A stretch of 54,164 nt of DNA, the filler included, from Basidioascus undulatus (taxonomy: Eukaryota), in NCBI GenBank assembly GCA_000826855.1. It is 4 parts of 4 records of this genome, joined end to end, with 100 filler letters (N's around TTAATTAATTAA, not from the genome) between each part and the next. Parts side by side here need not be neighbours in the genome. Positions count along the whole stretch, not along the records: positions 27,172 to 40,635 come from JTLS01000812.1; positions 40,736 to 54,164 come from JTLS01000813.1; 2 more parts are not named here. One strand, written 5' to 3'. A program made the translations under genes and the position numbers. The first letter of the stretch is position 1. Every line of letters starts with the position of its first letter. The notes under the pieces were generated by a model, which saw only the letters and a program-made list of their open reading frames with translations, did no database searches and had not been told where the DNA came from. This document shows, piece by piece, positions 27,610 through 40,811 of this stretch.

Positions 27610-28845
27610 TCGTCCTCGTGTGATCGAATGGTCGGATTGGACGGCGTCGTCCAAAAGACGGCCGCTCCGCGGCTCCCCGGTGCGACTTCCTCATCTCCCC
27701 CTCAGCTTCCATTCACCCAGCAACGCTTTCAACTCTCCTCCCTGTCCTCTCCGTCATCTTTCACAGCAGTGCAACGGCTCCGTCCTCGCCCGGCTTCCCA
27801 TAATGCAAGTTCAGTGGCAGTGACCGATCGAGCGACTCGACTCCCTGCGGACTCTCGATCCTTTTTCTGTTCTTTCTCTCCATATTGGGTCCATCTCATG
27901 TCGCTTCTTTTGATCTTTCGCGCGGTAGACGGCAGCGGGCGGTATCGGTATTGTGATGGGCGGGAGTAAGGGACCGGAATGAACTGCTGCCGTGCTGCTA
28001 TGCTGTGTTGCATACCGCTTGTGCATGCTGTTGCTTTCAGTGCTCGGTATTTGGCTGGACGATCCTGGGAAGCAATCCAGGCAGGTTAAGCGAGGGAGAA
28101 TGTGATGGCCGGCGCTGGTGTCGAGAGAATGAGCAAATCTAAACAACGCGTCGACTTGCGTCGATAGCAAGAGAGGTTCGCGATCCGCGGCGTTCTTCTC
28201 AAGTTGTAGATCATGCATGTCCACCGGAAGGATACGGCATACTTCAACCGCCCAAAAGTTTTGCACCTCGTTTGTGGGTGACTGCAGTGGGGCTTACACT
28301 TTAGTCGCACTGCAAACGGGCACAGGCGATGCGGAAGACTGCCACCAGTCTGGCTGGAAGTCAGCGGAACCTGAAGACTTCATTGTACTCTTCAGATAGA
28401 AAATATCATCATTTTTCAGTTATGCCATGGATGTTGAGACTTCGGTACGAATGCATGCTCGTGCAACGTGAAAGCGGGTGCTAGGCGCAAAGAACGCTTT
28501 CGTGAACTCCTACAGTCACCCTCTTCTCCTCGAGAGGCTGCCAGGTGAGGTATACCCGTACGTAGGACTTAAGCGACACTTGGTCATGCCTGTAGTCCGT
28601 TAGCCCAGGATCAGCCGCTGCTGTGGGGTCACACATCCTGAGAAAGCCAGCGATAGCCCTCACGTGTGACCGACGTTCTGTGACACAATTGTGAGTAAAA
28701 ATGAAAGTCAACTCCAGCAGAATTTGTCATTCGAGAAGAAGCATCTCATGGACTCACCGCCTCCCACGTTAACCGGTAGTCGTGCCTGATACGCACAATG
28801 GTTTGACTGTCAGCGTTTAAGCACGGCCCACAGTACCAAAACCAC

Positions 28846-29380
28846 TCACGATTCTTTCAGACGATGCAGAATAGCAACATCGGTGATGCCGCTCTCATTA
28901 TGCAACACCACGGGTTCGCCCGGCGGTCCGAGGTGCGCGACGCACCTGCAGCGAGCGAATGGCACGTCGGGCGAGGCATCCTCGGGGGAGCTTCCCACGA
29001 GAGCCTCCTCTATAGCCGCTGTAAGAGCTGTTAGCGGAAAGGGCACCACTATGGGGGATACGAGTGGACGCACCCCGCAAGTCAACCTCCAGCAGCTGCT
29101 TGCACGTCGGCCACGAGCAGGTCGCGTCGTGTGGACAATGGCCGCGGCGAGCGCCCGCCAGCTGCACGTCTCGCTCTCGACGGACGGATCGAGCTTGAAC
29201 CCGCCCTTGGGCTTCCTGAATCCAAGTTCGAAGCACGCAATGAGGAAAAGCTCCTCGTCGTAGAAGCGGCGAAATTGACGGCAGGTCTGCGAGAGAGCAA
29301 TATGCGTCGCGAGGAGGGGGATATGCGAACGGATGAGCAGAAGAGTCTCTATTGGGAGAGTGGTGGAGACAGAGCTGTGG
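28846..29380 (-). pseudogene. F-box-like gene with frameshift (family shared with 46900-48040)
   Basis: LPIETLLLIRSHIPLLATHIALSQTCRQFRRFY..FLIACFELG..SWRALAAAIV, then a frameshift into HDATCSWPTCKQLLE, then a GTGCGT intron, then VVLHNESGIT. No in-frame ATG close to the F-box. The 3' extent is uncertain. Confidence 0.6.
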
Positions 29381-29903
29381 GAAATTTTGCCGGTTGAGTA
29401 TGTAAGGGTGGGGAATTGTTGTTGGCGTTGGGGTCGTGAGGATGGGAAGGCAAGAAGCAACTCGCCGGCCCAGACGGCACCGCTCGGAACACACCGCCTC
29501 CGTCGCGGTGTTGACTCAAAATTGACCAGAGCCCGGTTATCGAAACCGTATACTAACATGCAAATGGTTTCTGGGAAAACAATTTTACTTTCACTTCCGG
29601 CGGATCTATTGAGCTATGCCGGTGGTTTAACTTTCACGCACTTTCACTGTCGTTTCCTCGTTCTCCCGGTGCCTGATGAATGTCCGTAGTCCGAGGGGGC
29701 GAACGCGCTACCTCATAATGTTTGAATAAGTTAAATACAGAAGACGAAGCTCACGTTTTCTAGTGGACATTGTGCGCTTTCAGAGGTTGCGTTCCCCATG
29801 GTCCTCACAGTCGGCGCGAACCGGAGCAGATAACTACCATGCATATTCTCATGCACCTTATCTGACGTTAATAGAAGTACGCCCAGAACCGCATGGAATA
29901 ACT

Positions 29904-30931
29904 TCAAGCTGCAACCGCCTCCTCCAGCTTGACACCCTCCCAATCCCACAGCGTGCCGTCCAGCAACGCCACTCGGAGTTCATTACCTCTCGCCGGAAGC
30001 AGTGAGCCCCCGCTGGAATTCGAGCGGGCGAAGTCTTCGAAGTAGACTGAAATGTGGACGTCTCTACCCTTGCTCACCTCAAGTAACTCCTGCATATTCT
30101 CCCGCAAGATTCCGGAGCTTGACTCGGGCACGATCAAAAGGACACGCTTGAGCGCTGGCAGCGCGAGAAAAGAGGGCACGAATCTGTTGATGTTGCTCAC
30201 ATTGGGATATGGAAATAATAAGTTGCGTCAAGGCGGTGAGGATGTGAACGTCGGTAAAAAAGGCAACGTCGCCGATGCAAAGCCGTTGAAGTGTGTGGGC
30301 AGTCTTGCCGGAGGCTATGGTGCGACGCAGAAAAGGGAGTCAAGCGCGTTCAGGACAGAATCCTTTTTGCCACGAAGCACCCCGTACTTTCAATCTCTGC
30401 AAGTTGCAGAAAAGCCTCAAGGAACCCGCCGAAGGTTCTGTCGCCCCAATCGTCGAACGGCTCGCGGAGAGTCACAAGACACTCTAGGACCGAGTGAAGG
30501 GTCAAATAATCCAAAACCAGGCGCCGGAGATTGGAACGTACGGCTACTAGTGCTTTATATAAGGCTTGAGCCGGCAATGAAAGGATCTCGTGGGGCAGCT
30601 CCGGGTGCAGGTGCGAGAACTTGCAAAGCGCGATAGACTGCACGCAAGCCAACGCAGGCAATCCGATCCCACTGCGGTACAAGACCGGCGTTCCCGAGTG
30701 AGTAGCATAGAGGTGCGGGAGTGGACGTCCTTGACATCATGCGATACGAGACATCATGCGATACGAGACATCATGCGATACGAGCGTCAGCGCGAGCAGG
30801 GTGTCGCGAACGTCGCGGGGACGCCCGGAGGCAAGCGGGTGCGAGGATTCCGCAAGCTGGGCCACAACGTGCCGGATGAGATCGAGCGGGATCGTGATAG
30901 GTATGGGGTCGAGTTCCTCGATCGGAGACAT
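29904..30931 (-). pseudogene. F-box-like/LRR-like pseudogene, apparently intronless
   Basis: MSPIEELDPIPITIPLDLIRHVV...DTLLALTLVSHDV is interrupted by a 17-nt triplication. Later segments NLRRLVLDY, TLQRLCIGD and ALKRVLLIV lie in changing frames. Ends LLDGTLWDWEG. Confidence 0.7.
30733..30783. repeat. Perfect tandem triplication of GACATCATGCGATACGA (17 nt x 3)
   Basis: Copies at 30733-30749, 30750-30766 and 30767-30783. Confidence 0.97.
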
Positions 30932-31519
30932 ATTGACGCTTGATGAATCTCTGAGAATGGGGTATGGAACGGGAGCGCGAGTACGGGACGTCTGTGCTTG
31001 AACGGGAGTGAGCAAGAGTGGTGATGGTTGGGGCCGGGAAAAAAAGGGGATGGGAAGGCCTACGCACTTTTGGCCCTCCTTCGCGGCCTCCCGGCTCCAC
31101 TCAGTCAAACACTCACAACAGGGAGGCCCGGACAGCATGTCACGCCAGTTGAAAGCGCCCCTCGTTACCGTTGATCCTTTTCACTCGTGAGACAGCAATG
31201 GCACTTTCAGCCATAGCCTACGTATACATTCTATGGGCTTGTTCTGCCAGGCCCAGTCCAGTAAATTCGTGCTTAAAAAGGACCTGACACATGTACTGAA
31301 ACGGCGCACTGCTTCCGCATTGAGGACGTACACTCGTGTATTCAACCGGTCTTGACCCATTGCCTCTACGAGGTATTTACGTCGGAAATTTGGAAACTTT
31401 AAGCCGGCGACCTGTCTCGGGAAGCACGCATACGGCACAGGCATCGACCCAACGCCCCAACCCGGTTGTTACTCACCCGCCATCACCACCAGCCTACTCA
31501 ATTCTCGCGATCCAAAGCA

Positions 31520-32200
31520 CTATACGGAATGTCCTTCCGAGCTCTTCCTGCAGGTATATGGTACTCGGCAACACCCGCAGATCCGGTCGGGCTGTGGACT
31601 ACGCAAAAGACGCGGGTGCGAGCATAGCGCTGGTCTGTCGGTCCTGGAGCGCGAGTGCACACTCTATCTGGAAACTCGAGACCCTACGGATCTGACCATG
31701 AATCTATTCAGATTATATCTGATCCTTATCAGTACAGATCCATCACTCTCGACGTACCCAAAGCGATTGAAGCGCTCGACCAGCTTCTGGCCTGCCTAAG
31801 GCTGATCGGCCGTGAGCCATCTGCGGCACATGAAAGAAGTCATCATGTCCTCCTGCACATAGGATGCCACCTGGGAATATCTTGATCGGAACTTGCATCC
31901 CCACCTGCTCACATTCGCCCGCCGAGTCGAGCGAGTCGCTTTGAGACATCATCGGGCCTTCTACGCATGAAATGCTTGTGACACATAACGGTCGCACTCT
32001 CATGTATCTTGGCATCACACTGCATTCCAAAGCACCGGAAGTACTGAGCCTTTTCGTCTCTTTGGGGAGCTCCGTGAACTCCTGCTGGAAGTTGTCGACG
32101 AGGATCTGATCCATGGCCATGTTTCGCCAATTTTCAACCTCTTCATCTGCCAAAGCTGCGCCGACTGGATTTCCAGAGCCATCCAACTACGGCGATGAGC
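31520..32200 (+). pseudogene. Degraded F-box-like/LRR-like gene (may extend to about 33700)
   Basis: CPSELFLQVY in one frame, GASIALVCRSWSASAHSIWK in another, then YRSITLD and LRELLLEV fragments, with multiple stops. Confidence 0.4.
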
Positions 32201-34556
32201 TCGCGCACTCTCTCACTTCCTTCTTTAGAGGAGGTTCTTTGGGAGGTTGGCTCTGCAGGTGCGGTTCGGCTCCTGTTGCGAATTCATTGTTCTCAACTCG
32301 GTAAACTCGGACTTTTCTTGTACAGGGAATAACAGCGCATGCTACTCGGTCTGGTATCGCTCTGTCCTCACCTCTAGAGACTTCACTACGTTCTTCGAAT
32401 CTCAGATTTGATCGGTCTGCTGGTCAGAGCGCTCCCCCCGTGCATCTCCACAATCTTAATCGAAAGGTCGGATAACTAAGCTGCCATTGCGACACTTCGA
32501 AACTGGTCCACAATGGAAGTTATTTACTTTCTCTGGAGCGAATTGAATTGAAACAGGATTATGCTCTTCTCTCAGATGTACGAAGTCCGTCGGCTAATTG
32601 ATGAGCTCGCTGCAAAGAGCGTGAAGGTGTTGTCGTATGACAACTCTGGCTCATCGTTATGTTTGTAAATGGGTAAGAGTATATGAATTGGCCCTCAAGT
32701 GTATAGCTTTCCTATGTATATGTCTTGAACTCTTGAACCGATGCATGCTTGGCGAGACCGCGAACCGGAGGTGCAATGCTAGGCTACGAAGCACCTTCTT
32801 CAACCTTTCAATTCCGAGATTTTTCAAGCAGACTTCCGGTCATCAACATAACTGCTTGGATTGGCTCACAAACACTGCGGCCTTACAATAGGCGCGCATG
32901 CAGCTCTGCGTTTCCTTTGCCTCGCACTTGCCTAGGGCTGCAAAATGGCTTCACCTACTATAGTCAATTCTTCAGTTTGTCTTGCTGTGCCTGCATGGCC
33001 CTCCTGCATAGAAAGAGGAAGAACCGAGCTCCTTTTAACAGATGGCGAAGCATCCAGACGTCGTGAGTTTCAAACGACTCCGCAAGACCCAACATGACCC
33101 CATATTCGCTTAGGGAAGGCACGATCTGGAAGATCTTAAAAGCACCAGAAGAGCTTCGTGATGTCAGAGCTTGAAATATATATGTCATCTAGGTGCTCGG
33201 GTCAGAGCGGCAGGAGATACGTCTCAGAGTTTCATCCTCCCAACGCAAGCGACATTCAGACAATACTTCTATGTCGTTGGGCCGGCTACGGTGGGACTTA
33301 CTGTACCAAAAACTTGACTACTCCTTTTCTGCCTACACCCGTGGTTGGTATTTGCATGTCGCTCTGCCCCCCTACAGTTGTACGTTCGGCTGTCGACATC
33401 CTCACCGTCGGCCTGCTCTCCCAGCTTTTCACGGTCGCAAACAGTGTCACCGTATACTTAAACCGTTCATTCTTCACCTTTATAAGCACCCAGTACGTTG
33501 CCATGAAGAAGAAGTTCGCATCGACGTCGTCTTGAGCCCTCCAGGAGCTCCACCGCTCGCCACACACACCGACCGGTGGTCTTACTTAGCCTGTCTCTCG
33601 ATGAGCCATTTAATCAGCCTACCGTCACTTTCACTCATCGAAACTAGTTACCGCATGTTGAAGCGCTTGCACCACTGACTGGAAGAGCGGATGGGCCGAG
33701 GGGCGCTGCTTCCCGAACTTCCGGTGCATCCAGCACGCCATCGTCCCTGCGATCGCACGCAATCCCTCCAGCTCTCTCCAGATAAGACTCAAGGAGAAAC
33801 TTCATCATGACAATCTTCGTCATCACTGAGTCTTTATCCTGCTCAGCAGAAGCTGCCTCTAACTTCTCGGGGGGTTTTCTTAGGGGAAGACTGGTGAAGA
33901 CGGGCAAGCAGGTGAGCGACGGTATTTGCCACAGCCAGCTGGTGTGGTTCACGTTTCAGGACTGTCAGGCTGCTGCAGTTCATCAAAGGAAATTTATTAT
34001 TTGGTCTTTCTGTTTGAGCATCAGGATGTTGCAAAACTTTGCCTGGGTCCATGGAAAGTTCGCGAATGTCGTTGCTGTTGAAAGCCATGGCCCCGACACA
34101 GTGCGCCGAGCACTTGTCGGAAATTCACAGGGCCCGTACGCGGACCCTGCTTTGTCAATGCTCTTGGCCTCGGACCTTTCACTGGCTTCCTTCATGTACT
34201 TTCCTTTATCCACACCGTTATGAGCCTCTACCCATTGCAACAAAAGCTGAGTTCAGAAATCAGGCGAGGTAACGCAGCCCCGGAGGAGGCACGCAGTCTG
34301 AAAGTGGGGGAAAGGCGGGGCGAAAAGGAGAAGGCGTCGATCAGTTTCATGTGCGGCTTGATTTTACCCCGCACGCGCCTCGGCCGCGCGCCGGCAGCAT
34401 CTTCCTTTCGAGCTCGCCATGGCCTCGCTATCGCTCGCGTGCTCAAATGTCCAAGGCATTCCAGTCTTTTCTTTCCCCTCGACCACCATCATCCCACGAT
34501 CCAGTACACCGCACCCATAACCACCTAGAGTACCTTCCCACCAGTAGACACCCACC

Positions 34557-36090
34557 ATGGCGCCCGTAGCGACCACCACCACCACCCTCACCACCGCTGC
34601 GTCCTCGGTCCCTATCAAAACGCTGCAGAAGACCGACGCCAGCGCGAGCTCGAGCATCCCGGCACCCCTCCTCTCCTCCCACACCCTCGACAACGAGATC
34701 GCCGCACACCTCACGCCGGCCATTGGTACACAGTTCAAGGAGTCCTTCCAGCTGTCTTCAATTCTCGACTCGCCCGAGAAGATCCGCGATCTCGCCATCC
34801 TGGTCGCTCAACGAGGAGTGTGCGTATCGTCCTCTTCAATGGCTATGGCGCAGGGGTTGACATGAGGGTTGGATGTGCAGCTGCTTCTTCCGCGACCAGG
34901 ACATCGAGCCGAACGATCAGGTTAAGCTGGGGCAGGCTCTGGGGTTGGCGGGAGGAAAGCCCAAGCACCATGGCCTGCACATCCATCCCCTTCCTTCTAC
35001 TTTCGGCGAGGTGCGTTCACCCCCTTTTTCCTCATTCAGCCTTCATGCTGAAAACCTCATGTCTTCAGCTCGGCGAGCAAATTGCTGTCATCGACGAGAA
35101 GTTCAACAAGGATCAGTACGACGACGAGGAGAAGTCCGAGCACGCCTCGCTAAACTGGCACTCTGAGTGCGTCTGATTTCCTTTGACTGACATATTCATG
35201 TTAATGATGCTCATACTGCACATCTCCAGCATCACCTTCGAGCCCGTCCCGTCCGACTTTGCGATCCTCAAGCTGCACACGCTCCCACCGCAAGGCGGCG
35301 GCGACACGCTCTGGGCCTCGGCTTACGCGATGTACGACAAGCTGTCGCTGCCGATGCGCGAGTTGCTGTCCGGCCTTACGGCGATGCACCACGCACCTAC
35401 TTTCCAGACCGCCAAGCGCGAGAACGGCTTCCTGTTCCGCGGAGAGGCCAACACGGACGTCGCTCGTGGTGCGGAGGAGAACAGGGGCGGCTCGCTCACG
35501 GCTGTGCACCCCGTCATTCGGTTGCGTCGAGTGTACTCCTCTTTTCTCTAATGGTTGCTGATCGAGCGAGCTCGATTCAGGACCAACCCCGTCACCGGCT
35601 GGAACGGCGTCTTCGTCAATAAGGCGTTCACGAAGAAGATCAACGGCCTGAAGAAGGACGAGGTGCGTTCCGTCGCTTCAATCTTAATGTGGGCTGCGGC
35701 TGACATCTTTTGGAGTAGTCCGACTTTATCCTTGACTACCTCTACCGCCTGAACGAGTCGCACGACCTCCAGGTCCGGTTCCGGTGGGAGAAGAACAGCC
35801 TCGCCGTACGTAAACGCCCCAGCCACTGCTGCTTGACACGAAAGCTTACGCCTTTTTTCGCATCGCAGATTTGGGACAACAGGACGACGCTACACTGTAT
35901 ATTTTTTCTCGCTTGTTCGATTTTAACCTGTGCTGACATTGTGGATCCCAACTTTACAGGCGCCACGAACGACTACCACGACGCCCCGCGCTCTGGCAAC
36001 CGTGTCGTCTCCGTCGGCGAGCGCCCGTACTACGACCCTCTCGGTCTCTCGCGGTCCGAGGCTCTGCGCGACGCAGCAGGCCAGCGCTGA
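34557..36090 (+). CDS. TauD/JLP1-family Fe(II)/2-oxoglutarate-dependent dioxygenase (sulfonate dioxygenase-like)
   Basis: Spliced motifs LTPAIGT, QRGVCFFRDQD, LHIHP, WHSDITFE (HxD), GGDTLWASAY, HPVIRTNPVTGW, VRFRW, IWDNRTTLH and GNRVVSVGERPY. Confidence 0.93.
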
Positions 36091-36918
36091 GCTCCGGCGG
36101 TGCCTTCTCAAACTTTTCGTGTCCCTTCCGGTGTCCCAGTCGTTCTCCCAGGTTTCTATTCGGTTTCTGTCAGCATTCCTACCATGTTGTTTATTTGCCA
36201 TTATCTTGCATATTGTCGCATCGCATATCTGCTTCCCATGACCTCCACGAACATATCATGCATCACGAATATTGACCATGACGTTGAGCCGTGTCCTGGT
36301 GGCAGTGTTTGAACACCTGCCACTGAAGATACACGCGATGACTGCCAACCCGATGTCTCACTCAATCTGACTGTCTGTACATAATTACAGTAGCGTGCAT
36401 GGCAGACTGTTGCATAACGGGGCAACGAGCCGATCGATGTTCGTTATCATTATACGGTGTTGGTTGCTGGAACGGAGGTACCAGCTGCACGACACGAGTA
36501 GGAGCTTGGAACCTTGCCGATCAGCTAATGTGCCCATTGGAATCTATAAGTCGTGGAGGAGCAGGTATAGAGTTACATAGTGAATACGAGCGGTTAGCCC
36601 GCCATTTGAGGACCGCACACGTTGCGTATCGCCTGCATTTCTCACCGTAGCTGGGTGACAGAGCTGCTTGGCTGAATGCCATTGTGTTCTAAGACTGCAT
36701 CGTGGATCTCAAGTAACTGACGATTCGAGTCTCGTACGTCATGGTTTTTAGCTGCAGAAAAATGCATCGGATGCCGTACACTGTTTGCTCGGTCGGCGCT
36801 CGGCGCTCAAGTTTGACTCACCCCGTTCCTTCCTCCAGCAACTTCATAGTGCTGCGCGGCATGATGTGTGTGTCCAAAATGATACATGCATGCCCTCTAT
36901 CAAACCCTGGAAATAAAT

Positions 36919-39420
36919 CTAAACAGCATCCGTCCTATCCCCATCCACCTCCTTCTGCTCGACTGGATTCACCTCTTCCAGGTCTTGCCCGGACCTCCGA
37001 ACCCCAATCCTGCGCGCAAACCAACTCGAAAGTCCCGTCTTGTCCTCCATCAGCGCAAGCGAGGGCGGCACGCAAACGAGTATGAGCGCGCCCCAGAGTA
37101 TGCAAAGGACGAGCCAGCCTGCAGGTGAACGAGCGGCAGAGAAGGAAAGGGAGCACGCGCAGAGCCAGAAGAGATTAGTCGGAGGGAGCAAGAGAGATGA
37201 GCAACCTGCCACAGACTCGATATGCGGGGAAAACGACGCACCGTTCGAAACGTGATCATATATCTGACCCCCGATTATGGGCCCGACACATGAGGCCGCG
37301 GCGTAGGAGATGTTGAAAAACGAGTATGAATGCGCGTAGCTGACGAACGTGGGCTATGCGTATCAAAGGTTGGACAAAATGAGGCATTGCAGACGGCAAC
37401 GCACCCGACGCCAGGAAGACCGCGCGTCATACGTGCGAGCTCTGCCATTACTGGCTATGAACGAATACCACCACGCCGAATTCAGCCGTATATACTGCGC
37501 CTACATCTGAACAAGACGCACCGCCAAACTGCCCGCCAAGAAAGTGCCTGCCCATAGCATCCCGACAGTTCAGCACGTGCACGAATGAATGCCGTGGTGA
37601 GCAGTGTACGGCGCACCTAGCAAAGCGAAGAAGACAATGAACACTGCCGCGCTCGTCCGGATCCGGAGAAGAATCGCGAACGGCACGGCGCCGGTGAGGA
37701 GGATGCTCGCGATCCATTTCGCACCGATGCGGTCGGTGAGCCAGCCTGCGATCGGGCTCATAAAGACGCTCGCGACGACCGGAGCGATATACACAAGTCC
37801 AACCTGAACTCATTGCAGAGCGAGGAAGGGTGATTTTAAGGTGAGCCCAGCCATAGCAGGGAGAAGGCGACGATAAGGGCGCCTTTCTCAACGTACCTGC
37901 AAAGCGGAGTACCCATAAAGCGCATTCAAACGTAGCGTTAGCGCGGTGTCCTCTACGAAGCGACCACAGTTATCAAAATCAGCTCGGGCATTTTTTCTTT
38001 GCGAGTCAACCCGCCTTCGACGCACGGCTTGCGATAATGATCCCGTAGGCGGCCGTAATGCCTGCGCAAACCCACGCGACGGGCGAGCGCAGCAAAGAGA
38101 GCAGGACTTTGAGCCCGTGCGGATTGAGGATGTGCTCGTGCTCGTGCTCTTGCAACTGCGCTGCGTCCTTCGCTAGCGCCGGACCGGCGTGTGCCTTTCC
38201 ACCCACTACGTCGCTGTTCCACTTCCGCGCGATATGTTTCTCTATCAGAATCAAGCGGCCAATCTATCAAAGCAGGTGGATTTGTCAGATCACTGCGACG
38301 AAGGGGCGACAGAAGGAAGAATGATCGGAGGTTCAGACTTACCAGGTCGACGGCGACAAGACAGAGCGCGAACACGAAGGGATAGTGCCACGCGTTGGAC
38401 GCGGAGGAATGTGCGGCAGCGCGGTAGAGTGCACCGGAGATGGGTGGCCCAATCAGGGGACTGCGCCGCACGATTCCGTTGTGAGAAGAAAGGCGCGGGA
38501 CAAGCAGCTCTTCGATGGAGATGCGTACCCGACGCTGAACGCCGACATGACGATACCTGCGCAGTAAAAGAGGATTAGTGCTGTCTCATAAGTGTGACTG
38601 GAGAGCTCAGGAGACCATCTCACCCAAGTACTTTCCAACTTCTTCCTCACTGACGGAGTCGCATCTGCTCCCATGCATGCAGCGCCCAACCTCAAGTCAG
38701 CTTCACCCTGATTATTACACCATCGCGTCGAACGCACATAAGAGCCATTCCCCCGATCCAGATTGCCGTGCCGGCGATTCCCTGCCCGATACGCGCAATA
38801 ATCATACCCGCGAGGTTTGGGCTGAACATGAAGAGCAGAAGGCTGGCGGCGAGAAAGATGAGCGCGAGAAGCAGCGGGTCGCGTCGGTTTGAGTAGCGCT
38901 CGCCGAGATAGGCTATTGGGGGAGTAGCTGTGCGGAGGAGGTAGGATGAGGGGATGATGAGAGTAGGGAATGGCGGTGAAGTGCGGAAGACGAACAAAGG
39001 ACAAGGCCGATCGAATCTGGGCGCGGCCTTGGATTCAGCTGTGCGCTCGCTTGTCCTGAATAGAGGACAGGCGAGAAACATACACGCAAATAACAACCAC
39101 CCAGTTATACTCGATACGTCGGTGTACCCGAGCTGCATCAGCCGAAAGGGGACGATCTTCACCCAACGCGGAAGGTCAGTCTCTGGCGCCGTTGAGCGGT
39201 CAAGGCGGACACACAGGGACGATGAGCGTGTAGATAGCCAAGTCAGTTCCAACCCCGACCGCGACGACGAGGCAAATGAGCCAGTTGCTGGAGCGCCAGC
39301 CGAGGCCTATAACCAGGGTAAGGTCATTAATGCGGCTCTTGCGGAGCGAAGCGATTGAAGCGGTGTACCCCATGGCCGCTTGTCGCTCGGCGAAAGAAAC
39401 GAGAACTTGGTCAAACCCAT
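36919..39420 (-). CDS. MFS transporter, vesicular-amine-transporter-like (SLC18/DHA1-related) fungal family
   Basis: Spliced RPWGLGWRSSNWLICLVVAVGVGTDLAIYTLIVP, IIARIGQGIAGTAIWIGGMAL, GPPISGALY, GWLTDRIGAK and SYAFFNISYAAASCVGPIIGGQIY. Confidence 0.88.
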
Positions 39421-40635
39421 GGCGGGGGTCATTAGTTTGAGAGTTGAAGTCAAGCTGGGGTCAGCCAAGCATGGCACGATGAGAAGGAAGGAGCAAGTGC
39501 GGATCGAAAAGAGGAACGTCTTGTCGCGCGTCTTCATGCTCAGCGGACATTGGCGCTTCGGCGGGATTCCAGATCACGGGATAACTTCCTGGTCAAACTT
39601 ACGAAGTACAATCTTAAAATAAAACCTCGTTGTATACTGGTGTGTATATTCAAGGGGACCCATAACTATGCGGAAAGCATGAAGCCAGAAAACGGCATCA
39701 TCGAGAGCGAGCAAAGCCTGTCGGGCTGTGATTGGCACTGTGTCTAAGTTTACAAACCTCTGCTGTTCTCCCGGATTTCTGTATCAATTTGGAAGCCGTA
39801 TAGCGGTTGAAAAGGATATAAGAAGCTGATATGATACTAAGAGTATTGAGTAACACCATCCAGCCGGAACCGCATCTGGTCTCGCTCTTGGCTGGAAGCC
39901 CCAGGGCTGTGTCCCTCTGCCACGATCTTGTCCTTGACTTCAAATTGTGATTGGCTTATTGTGTAAAATTGGAGAGGGAATATTCTCATGCTGTGATGTG
40001 CATGGACTCGAAAAGGTTGTCACTCTCAAGCCAGCTATGGGATCGTATGCGGCTGCTGGCCCACTTTTCTGGCTGGCCAAGAAAGGCTCCAGCCCTTGCG
40101 GCGCCTCTATGCAAAAGAACGAGAGTTTAATTGTTAAGAAAAGAGTTTTCCTTCAGATAGCAGCGGAAGTGATATTGTAGAGTGCCGGACAGCTGGTCTA
40201 CTGCTGCTCGGTTCGCTCGTCCTCTGACAAGAAGCTTCCACTTCCAGCGAGTGTGCTTTGAAGCGAGATGAATGTACTGATACATCCCCAGTGCACACCA
40301 GAAGGAGTCTCAGAAGCGGGCACAGCGTTCAATAGACTCTCTTGCACCATTCCGCCGGGTACAACAGCTCCCTCTCCTCGTCTACATCTGGTCCCTCGCT
40401 CTTCAGAACGTCCACCACAGCCCCTCCCCGCTTAATAACCTCGTATCGCTCTTGAAGTCTCCTTAAATAAACTGCCCCGGCACCTTGACCGCAGTCCGCA
40501 GGTAAATGCCCGAAAAGCGCGAGGAGGAAGAGGAGGCGATTGAAAACAAGGTGGAGGGGGAAGGGATGCGATGGGGAGCAGCGATGTGGACGTAGATGGA
40601 AGTAGTATCAAAGAGCTGAGCGTCTCTTTAGCCGT

Positions 40636-40735
40636 NNNNNNNNNNNNNNNNNNNNNNNNNNNNNNNNNNNNNNNNNNNNTTAATTAATTAANNNNNNNNN
40701 NNNNNNNNNNNNNNNNNNNNNNNNNNNNNNNNNNN
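40636..40735. other. Artificial contig linker (N44-TTAATTAATTAA-N44)
   Basis: Same 100-nt spacer. Confidence 0.99.
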
Positions 40736-40811
40736 CGCTCCGCTCTCCTTCTCCCCTGCATTTCTCCACACATCCGCAGCTCTGTCTAACGCCCTTTCCC
40801 TCGCCCCTCAG

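Noticed and set aside
30737..30739. In-frame TGA as selenocysteine or programmed readthrough
   Set aside because: The TGA is created by the repeat triplication, and further frameshifts downstream indicate a pseudogene. No SECIS was recognised.
40329..40635. Start-less open frame on the minus strand at the end of contig 3
   Set aside because: Could be the last exon of a truncated gene, but there is no clear acceptor or recognisable homology.
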